From assembly GCA_965644295.1 (NCBI GenBank), contig CBFFRP010000242.1, forward strand, positions 1-64,000: 64,000 nucleotides of DNA. Direction: 5' to 3'. The position numbers and the translations under genes were made by a program. Positions within the stretch are counted from its first letter, which is position 1. Each line of letters begins with the position of its first letter. The notes under the pieces are model-generated. The model saw only the letters and a list, made by a program, of their open reading frames with translations, was not told where the DNA came from and searched no databases. This document shows positions 26,601-36,033 of this stretch, in pieces. The stretch comes from Paraphysomonas bandaiensis (taxonomy: Eukaryota; Protista; Chrysophyceae).

Positions 26601-27496
26601 GAAGAAAATGGGAGATGTATTGGAAGTGCTTGGGCGTCGTAAAAACGGGCGTACTATGGAGTACGAATGCACCTTTGTCGGTCAGACATCCAAAGATGAG
26701 AATAAGTACTTTACTTTGGAGCAAATGCTGGATATGGGTCTATCAAAACAGGTTACGCAGTGCGACAATCGAATTGCGGCTGTTGTAGCTGGGCTAGATC
26801 TTCGTCCCCTTATCACTAGAGAAATACAGTCTCACTTAGACGACTTTAATTTGAATGCTGAATTCGGAACTCATGGTAAAATAAAACTTCTTTCTGGTGG
26901 CCAAAAGGTCAAGCTAGTTCTTGCCGCAGCCATGTGGAACCGCCCACACATATTAGTTCTGGATGTGAGTAAATATTATATGTTTCCTTTCGATTTTACT
27001 TATGATCTTTAAACAGGAGCCGACAAATTATCTTGATAGAGAAGCATTGGCGGCTCTCACCAAAGCTATAAAGGTCTTTACTGGAGGGGTAGTTATTATA
27101 TCTCACAACAGCGAGTTTGTCAATGCCTTATGTACTGAGATCTGGGAGGTGAAGGATGGTACTTGTAATGTTAAAGGAGGGGCATCTGACGACGATGCCA
27201 GCGATGGTAAGGCATCTAAAAAGGGTAGTTCAGTGGCGTCAAGACGGTTTAAGAGTAACGCCATGTCTGATGGTCCCACAACTGAGAAAAGGGAAAATAG
27301 CGGAAACACGAACTCAACGAAAACCGTTATGAAAAAGCAGCTTAGAAATCCGAAGACATTAGAATACCTCACTAAAGTAGAAATTCGAAAATTGACGAAA
27401 TGTGCTCTTGCAGCAGGCGTCCCTCTTGAAGAATATGTGTCAAAGATTACAAAGAATTCGCCGGAATGGAAATGGTTATCAAATTCTATCCGATAA
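23611..27496 (+). CDS. eEF3: Translation elongation factor 3 (ABCF-type, HEAT + 2 ABC domains), multi-exon
   Basis: HEAT region WRSKVGAL, TTFVATVDAPTLSLITPVL, ADPEVREV. ABC1: LCNIEFSLAFGGKILLHN, GKNGVGKTT, LSGGWKMK, LLLDEPTNHLD. ABC2: GVNGAGKST, AYVAQHSFHHIEQHL, chromodomain insert, LSGGQKVKLVLAAAMW. Confidence 0.93.
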
Positions 27497-27903
27497 ACCT
27501 TTAACTATAGATGACCGCATATGAAAGTATACGACTTTTGTTGTCCGCTGTTTTTACTGACGTGCTTTTTCTTTCATATTGTAATGATAAGACTTCAATG
27601 GAACCATGTGCTTAATAAATTGAATTTTGAATTATTTGATGATCTACATAATTTGTTCTAATATTCAGTGCTAAGGTGGCAGGAGGTTTCTTTATAAGGC
27701 ATAGGTCTACGAAATTTATACCGTGGTACAGTATCAACGCGCTTGTGTCGTAATGGTATTCTGTATTCTAAAATTGAAGATACAAGCTTTGTTCACTTAT
27801 ATTGAAGATACAAGCTTGTATGAGTAAGCTTCCCTCAACAAAGTCGGAGTAGTGTATGCCTTATTATTAGCACTAGGTGTGTAAGAATCGAACATCTTAC
27901 TAT

Positions 27904-28249
27904 CCCTCAACAAAGTCGGACGCACTTTTTCATAGTGTTCTGGAGGATAAGTGGAGATATTTCTCCAAGAAACTAACGTGAGCCGCGTACATATCCAGCA
28001 GATATTGTTCTGCTCACTCATAGTCAAATGCTTGTGTGGTACAAGGGGCACTAATATAAGTATCACTTGTGTAGTCATCCTTGGGCTTTGACGAATAAAC
28101 AGGTATCCGACTCAAGGGCATCCGAGGCACTGTGTTTCCTTTGAGTGATAGAGCGAAAGTGGCTGCGCCTCGGTGCTTGCGGTGACGCTAAGCAGCTTTC
28201 GTAGCGCACAATAGTAGGATATCAGAGTTAGAGTTGCTAATAAACAGAC
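27904..28249 (+). ncRNA. Putative structured mobile RNA element, copy A (internally deleted)
   Basis: Homologous to 48571-49069 and 35081-35526, with conserved hairpins and no ORF. The homology is certain; RNA function is inferred. Confidence 0.5.
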
Positions 28250-29093
28250 ATTCTCTACTTAACGCTTATTTATTAAGCACATGGTTCCATTGAAGTTTTA
28301 TCATTATTTCTAACACTAAGACATTCACTACTATGAGCAAACGTGAAAAAAAATCGCCAATGTTCTGTAAAATATAGGCTAATACGTCAGTGAATTAGTA
28401 AAAGTACACTACGAGTGCTGGTATTTCATCGTTGACAAAGCATACTACATATTCTTCACCCCACAATAAGTCAGTTTTGATTTGTGTATTTTGACACAAA
28501 GCAGAAGGTAGACGGAGCATTGTCTCTGTTGGAACATGTTTCCTGGTTGTTTTCTGTTTTCTGACAGCATTGTCCTTATATGAAGATATATTAACAATAT
28601 TTATAATATTTTCTACTTGTAATGCAATAAATACTGCTAATAACAACTATACTTGCGACATTTTCATTAACCTCTCAGATACGAATTACAATAAAATAAT
28701 AACTCAATACTTAGATATGAAACCTGGTGAAATCGCTATACCAGGTTTAGGTATTACCTTCACTTTAGAGGGAGTTTTATGATTCGCTTAAAGTTGTACA
28801 ATTAAAGCCTGTGGCTTAAGTGTTTTCACCGCTACGATGGACACCTCCACTACTGCATACACCTTTAGAAAATAATTTCCACTACGAGATCGAGTTCTGC
28901 CATATTTGTTTACACGTTGCGACATGAAAACTAGGCTACACTTTTCCAACAAAATTGCAACATGAATACAGCTTCGCTTCAATGACGTGTAACTTTAAAC
29001 TTGTGAATTACATTTCCATGCAATAAGAATATTATATTATAAGCAAAAAATAGCTAATCTTGTCGCTATACTACACCATCATGCGAATTTATC

Positions 29094-30671
29094 CTAGGAA
29101 GTGGTGGCGTTTTTCGACCCCTTTCTTCTACCTCTACCACCTTTTCTCGATGACTTCGACAGAGTGGATTGTGCATACTCCTGTGGGGTACATCCGGCAC
29201 TATCCCTGCGATTTTTATTTCCCCCAGCAGCTATCATGAGTTCTATAATATCTTCCCTCCCTGACCAGTATGCGATATGTACCGCTGTTGAACCATGATT
29301 GTTACTGTGATTAGGACAGCACATGCGGAAGTGTAAAAGTAGTGCACAGCAGGAATAGCTTCGGGCAAGGGCCGCAGCATGAAGGGGAGTAAAGCCTTTA
29401 TCATCCACACATAGGGTATCCAGATATGTACTCGGTTTAAGAACACACTCATTGTGAGTACAATTAGAGTGGTCAAGAGTGGATTCCGCTACATCATTTT
29501 TCGGACCATGGGCGTTTGATAAAGCATTAAGCAGCTCCTGAAGAATTACGTAATTACCGGTAAGCGCGGCCATATAAACAGGAGTTTCGTATTGTTGGTT
29601 ACGGATAAAGCAGCTGGAAATGCAGGACACAGATAGAAGGGCCCTGACACATTCCAGGGCTGCATCAGCAGCATCAGCGTAGTTGTTGTCAGTTGAACCT
29701 CTCTTAACATATTCAGTAGCACTGGCTGGTCCGCGCACTCCATCTACTGCTCGGTGTAACGCTGTACACCCCTTCACGTCCTTCAAGTCCACCCGCGAAT
29801 TGTGTTTTATGAGCCACCACACCCTATCGGATTTACCATACAAGCAGGCCAAGTGGATAGGAGTTCGGTTTTGAGTATTACTACAAGCAAGCAAAGCACG
29901 CATCATCACTCGTCCGATTTTTCCAACGCATAAGCAGGCATCTAAATGATCTAAAGAGTCTGAGGCCAAATCCATCATCATGGCACCAGGGAATAGAGTC
30001 AAAAGGAACGCCACATCAGGTTTCGACACAAACGTATGTTCCACAACTAGATCTTCCCGTGTAATAGGCACCAAATCAATATCTCTATCAATGTCATGTC
30101 CTATAGCACTACTCATAACTCCTTTACACCCACCCAATCCCAAAAGCTGTATAGAAGAAGGGAAATTAGACCATAATGCAGCAAGTACACCCTCACTGAA
30201 CACTGAATTCGTAAGTATTAATACTCTAAGTGAATTAGATAATTCAAGGGACACTTTATTAGTAAATGATATATCACATATTGCTACTTTATAACAATAT
30301 GGTAATATATTAGTAACATCTTGTCCCATAGAGAAGCATTTTGATAGACTCACAATCATATCTCTATTACACATTGATGTAATAAAGTTAACTGGACAAT
30401 TACATGATGCAATCTCAATAGAAGATATTCGTTTAAATTGTAAGAACCATTTTTTAATATTATTCCAATTATATTGACGATGATTGTTTATAGATATGTA
30501 TGTTTCACTCCATGTACATATACGTTGGGCTGCTTTACATACTTGATTCCATATAAGAATATCAAGAGGAGTTGATAGATAAGAGACAATGTATGTCCAT
30601 ATATCAAATGAAAGAGAATATTGACTCTTTATATCCATATTATGTTTGCAATTATTGTGATATGAATTCAT
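29094..30671 (-). CDS. F-box-like / LRR-like / ankyrin-repeat protein, 525 aa, intronless
   Basis: F-box-like N-terminus LSFDIWTYIVSYL..VCK. Ankyrin repeats RTPIHLACLYG, CTALHRA, ETPVYMAALTG, FTPLHAAA, STAVHIAYWSG. Confidence 0.85.
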   Translation of the reverse strand: MNSYHNNCKHNMDIKSQYSLSFDIWTYIVSYLSTPLDILIWNQVCKAAQRICTWSETYISINNHRQYNWNNIKKWFLQFKRISSIEIASCNCPVNFITSMCNRDMIVSLSKCFSMGQDVTNILPYCYKVAICDISFTNKVSLELSNSLRVLILTNSVFSEGVLAALWSNFPSSIQLLGLGGCKGVMSSAIGHDIDRDIDLVPITREDLVVEHTFVSKPDVAFLLTLFPGAMMMDLASDSLDHLDACLCVGKIGRVMMRALLACSNTQNRTPIHLACLYGKSDRVWWLIKHNSRVDLKDVKGCTALHRAVDGVRGPASATEYVKRGSTDNNYADAADAALECVRALLSVSCISSCFIRNQQYETPVYMAALTGNYVILQELLNALSNAHGPKNDVAESTLDHSNCTHNECVLKPSTYLDTLCVDDKGFTPLHAAALARSYSCCALLLHFRMCCPNHSNNHGSTAVHIAYWSGREDIIELMIAAGGNKNRRDSAGCTPQEYAQSTLSKSSRKGGRGRRKGSKNATTS

Positions 30672-30981
30672 AGACTCAGTTGGTTAAGTATGAATATACA
30701 TGTACATGTACAGTGTATTAGTATCAGTATTTTTCTATAGAGAAATTACGTATATATATATATGAGTATATTAGTTGAGAATATGCGTATAGATTACAAG
30801 AAATTTCTTGGATAATATACATATAAGGTGAGTGGTTGTATAGGAGTATGATGTACTATTGGTATGAGTATTTGAGGGATTGAGGGGTTTCCTATGAACT
30901 ACAGTGATATTGTAATATTTTGGTGTCGAAAAAGCGAAAATATCGGGTTTCTTACACCAACTGGACCTCCTCGTCTATATT

Positions 30982-31100
30982 GCCTCAAATATTGAGACAA
31001 TAACTATCTGTATTCTAGCCGTAATTATATTGCAGTAATATAGAGAAATTTTGCTTCAATTTATTTCCGAAAAATAAGATGCTGACTGCCGATACAATGA
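30982..31100. repeat. Dispersed repeat, copy 2 of the GTATCGGCA family
   Basis: GCCTCAAATATTGAGACAA...GATGCTGACTGCCGATAC is shared with 62748-62862 and, inverted, with 3563-3670. Confidence 0.75.
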
Positions 31101-32099
31101 TCTTGTAGATACGATACGAGGAATCCTATAGTTAACACTGATATCTGTATCATCTAATAGAGTAGAGTGTGTTTTCTCTATAAGAATAACATCACAGTAT
31201 TATATCAACTGCAATAGAATTGTACCTTAGATATACATAGTAATTACATTGTCTGATTATATTGTATATATGCTGAGGGTTATGTAAGTGGTACTCCACA
31301 ACAGTGAAAGACTGATTACTTATAACCACAATGCTTTTAATAGGCTGTAGAGATCTTGTCCTTATACACACACTTACGTTTATTCATAAATTGGAAGAGC
31401 ACATGTGTATATATGCGAACAGAATAGTGTATTCCTGAGGACATGGACTGTGGTATCAATAGGTGTGAACAACACCGTAGGCGTAAGGATAGAAGCTCAG
31501 GTAAAACACTATCATTGGATTTTATTTAATAGTACTAATAATTATATTTAACAAACCTATTGCTATACGCCATATTCATATAGCGATATAGAGTAAATAG
31601 CAATTAGTTGGAACAGAAGTTATCATATCACGTACATAGGCGGTACTTGTAGATTAACAACACATCTTTTTATTAGAACTATTCTTCTGGACATTATAAG
31701 AAAGCAATTTTGACTTTTCATAACAACATAAAGTTGAACAATACAGTTAGCTTTACCATCTGAAAGTATGGCTAAACACTAAACGTCTGAAGCCGTCACT
31801 CTGAAGTCTACACTTTCAACAACCACACTTTACTCGCCTAAAGCAGTTATCATACAATGATAACCTCCTAAATATCTGGTTGTAAGTGCATATTCTACAT
31901 GTTCTCTTTACTACAACAGTGCATTCTGCAAAAATATTGTGTGTGTTATACAACTACCCGTGGCACCAAGCAACCATGCAATGCAAAATACGAAGAGCAG
32001 TAAAGCTAATAATAAGATGATTCTAACAAAACTTTGACTGTAGATATTTTTCACGTTTTTAGAATAAGAGAAAATAGTATTGTAAAAAAACAAGCTTGC

Positions 32100-32640
32100 G
32101 GAGGTAGCGACAAAGTTGAAAGAGTAAAGAGTATTACATGATAGATGATACTATTGAGGGACTTCTTCGGGGCAAAGTATCCACTATCTGCTTTACAGAA
32201 AACAGTTCCATTGTTAATGATCCGAATTTTGAGAATGAAATTGCAAAACTCCAAGCAGGCGAAGAATTTGAGTTGACAAAATCTGAGAAAGATGCTGTTA
32301 GAATATATCTCCTTTCAGGCAGTGATTATTGCAACAATACAGAGGATTATGAGACTGAAGTTGTTTAGTATGCCGAAAAACTGAAGAAACGGAAATTTGA
32401 AATATCTAAGTACAGGTGCGATGCATGAGTCAAGTAGTATGTACTTCCAATACATGTGAACGCAGCAAAACTGATTATATCAGTGTTGCGCAAACGTATG
32501 CATCCTACTACACTTAATATGATGTTGTTTCTGAAAGCAAACCGACGGTTGTGGCCGGATGCAAGTATACTTCAATTTTCAATTAATATTGGATGAATAT
32601 GGTGATGATGATGTCACCGATGGATCAGAGGATGAGTATG
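32100..32640 (+). mobile_element. Degenerate hAT transposase C-terminal fragment
   Basis: Broken frames give SNTCER..AKLIISVLRKRMHPTTLNMMLFLKANRRLW (hAT dimerisation domain), preceded by SIVNDPNFENEIAKLQ. No TIR was found. Confidence 0.65.
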
Positions 32641-33270
32641 AGGAAACTTTTAATTAGTTAAGAGTTAAGAGTAGTGGGATTGATTATCAAGTGACTTTAG
32701 ACTTTATAATGACAAGTACTAAAAACGGAAACTACGGATGTGTTTACTTACTATTGATGGAACGCTATCTAACAATAGTATTGCAATTTGCAATATATAT
32801 TTCCCTATCCCTGGATGATAGTAATATAGTAATGCAGAGTGCAGAGGATGTTGAGGAAGAAATCAGTGACATAGATGTAAACTATGAAGTCAGTTTCGGG
32901 TTTAGGATATATCCCAAATTCTGCATTTCCTATATTTATCATGGACGATTGTTCTGCACAGTCGAGATTATCATTTCCAAGATGATAGTATTATTCAAAT
33001 CTGGTGCTATTTTGAGAGCTATACAGCACTTACAGAAGCATGTATGCATATATCAATTAAGCTTGATTGAGGTTGGTGGTGATGCTGTATTCTATATCTA
33101 TATACGACAGGACAATACTATGACCGCAGGTTCGGTGTGTACACTAAAACGAAACTTGTAGTCTGCTATAATGTATCAATTCACCACCTCCATGCTTACG
33201 CCCACAAAAAGATTCAACTAAAGAGAGAATGAATTGTTACAGTTCACGACAACAGCGATCACTATTCCGT

Positions 33271-33741
33271 CTAATAGTCACTTCCACCTCCTCCGAACAT
33301 GTCCATTCCACCCTCAAGGGCATCGACCTCCTCCTCAACGGGCTTGGCGGCAGGGGCAGCCTCGGCAGCATCGCCGGCATCTATATCTATGGGTTAAAAC
33401 AGTAAGAGCGAATATTTCAGTAGCATACCAGCGGCAGCAGCAGCGGCGGCGACAGGGGCGGGGGCAGCACCACCACCACGGGCAAAGATGATCTTCCCGC
33501 AGTCATTGGCCAAGGTAGCGGCAAACATACTGGGCCAGTAAGGCTGAACAGTGTTGTTTGTAGCAGCGATGAGGGTGCTGATCTGATCAGCAGTGATGTC
33601 AGCCTGAAATATAAGTAGCAATACATTCCATTAGCCATAAACAGAACTCCATATCAATTAGATAATTACCCCTCCATCGAAGAGAGCCATAGTGGCCAAA
33701 CTGGTAACAAATTCGTCCTTTTCTTCACCCACAAATGCCAT
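33271..33741 (-). CDS. RPLP1: 60S acidic ribosomal protein P1 (3 exons)
   Basis: MAFVGEEKDEFVTSLATMALFDGG / ADITADQISTLIAATNNTVQPYWPSMFA..., an Ala-rich hinge, and the C-terminus EEEVDALEGGMDMFGGGGSDY*. Confidence 0.9.
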
Positions 33742-35080
33742 TTTGGAATCTAATTAAGGCTGTGCCGGAAACCAATATATACTTATATATGTAAGTGTTA
33801 AGTGTATCACAACACCATTTAGCCCCACTCATAACTAAAAAAAAGGCAAGTCAGCCACACATCATCCATTCCAATGACTTTACGATCTTAAAAAGACAAA
33901 CTGAAAAAAAGAAATGAAGAGTGTAGGTGAACGGGTTACGAATAGTAGAATGAACGGATTACATATTTTTTCAGTTCACACAATCTCATTGGACTGTTAC
34001 AGTATATCTATCTACAGCAGCAGTACATACATGCATGCATCCATCCATCCATACACACATGAGCCTATAGAGAATTAACACTGTGCTATTGATGCAATCC
34101 TTTCTACTTATAAGCCAGCTGTATGCTATTAAATTGCATACACTGTGTACTATACAATTATTTGGGTAATCCAGTAAATGGGTATAGCACATCCCACACT
34201 GTATTTATATCTATGTGCATGTAGCATATAGCAGTCTTAAACAGGGCAGTCCATCGCAATGCAAGCAGAAAGTATTCCAGTAGAAGTACTTAAGAAACCA
34301 TTGAATCCGTCATGTAAATAGACATCTGAGAGTAAAGGGATTCTTATTGATGTCATGTGAGAAGGGGTTACGAATGACTTGCACACAGACTCAGGATTGA
34401 TAATATAAATCTCCGGCCAAAATTGAATTGTGCTGAACGACACATTCCTCATTACACAAGTATTGGATTACGGCAGTAATCAATTAAAGTTCTTCTCCGT
34501 CTGTTACGTCATCAATTATTGTATGGCACTTATTATATACACTTCTTTAATAGTTCATTTTGTTGAATCGTGATTCAAAATCCAGTGAATCGTCTATTTG
34601 TACTCAACACATGAAACTCATTTTACTTGATTTTTTCCAGCAAGTGAGCATATTTTTCTTTTCTGCGCTCGGTGGATGGACAAATCCAGCGAATTTGGGC
34701 AAATCCAACACTTTTGCCTGTGTAAGCCTGTGTATAGCTATATAGCTGTGAAACTGAAACATTGACATTATTGAAGATACTGAAATTACTATAATAATTT
34801 ATCAACTATCTAGTCAAACTATGGATTTCTTTTAGCAGATAATTTCTAATATGTTACCCTTAAATGGCATTCATGTACTCAGAGTTTGATAGTGCCAATC
34901 TAGTTCTACTGCCATTGCCTTATTTAGCATTTTATTCCATTATATTATTTAATCTTTTCTTCAATACAGTTACATGACAGCAAGTAAAATTAAGAAGTGA
35001 ATGTGTTATTGCTAGCAATAAGCGTGTAAAGCGAAAACTAATTTAGTATTGCGATTTTACTAACTAGTGCTTAACTGTGG

Positions 35081-35526
35081 TATCCTACTATTTGGCGTCA
35101 CCTCACAAGCACCAAGATGCAACCACTTTTGCTCTCTGTCCTTAAGGTGAACAGCCCCGATTCATGACTTCAGTAGGCATCCCAATACCCCGGATGCCTG
35201 ATTTTTTGTCAAGGCCCAAAGACGTTTACACAAGCATTTGGCTATGAGTGGGCAGAACGTTATGTAGCTCACGTTAGTTTCTCGGAGAAATTTATGACTA
35301 GAGGCACTTAAAACGTTCGTATGTCGCTATATAAGTGCTATATTAAACGTCTTTTTATTTAGCAGTAGGCGTTAGAAACCTGCACCAATATAGTGGTTAG
35401 TTGAATGCTTGTCATGCTAGCTAGACCTCTACCCATAACTAATCCGTACAAATTCCATTATCCTATTATTTAACGCTACAGAAGCTGCTTGTGCGTCGCC
35501 GCAAGCACCAAGGTGCAACCACTTCC
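35081..35526 (-). ncRNA. Putative structured mobile RNA element, partial copies B1 (35081-35290) and B2 (35339-35526)
   Basis: Reverse-complement homology to ~48625-48950 and ~48883-49069. B2 is flanked by the 17-bp direct repeat CTATATAAGTGCTATAT. Confidence 0.5.
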
Positions 35527-36033
35527 TATATAAGTGCTATATAAAAAGTATAATAGTAGTTTTCTATATAATATAGTAACTTCAGAGATACGAACTAAAA
35601 ATCACCAATGGGAGATAGTAACAGAGCCCACAACAGAATGGGTGGATCAAGGAGCGCTATCATCTGATAATGTTTAGAGTTTAGACCGGAAAGTGTCGAC
35701 GTAGTCATGGGGTTTTATACTTATGACTAATTAGCATACCATTACTTATAACATATGTGTGGTCTGTGACTTTTATTGTTGTAAATCTGAGTAATATGTT
35801 GGAAAGTAGTCAATATGTAATAAAAAATATTATTCACATTGAATTATATTTGTAGTTCCTTATTGTACATGGTAATACCCTTTTCCGACCATTATCAAAA
35901 ATTACCAGGTTTTGGCATTACCCCGACTTGTACTCAAGGTAGGCCACACAGAAAGCTGTTATCTGAAACTTTTAAAAAAGCCATCATACACTTACAACTT
36001 CAAACTTATCTAACTCAATTTCAATCATGCTTT

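Noticed and set aside
34237-34805. Possible decayed coding fragments (also 28395-28982 and 32691-33161)
   Set aside because: Short, broken frames with no motif I can identify.
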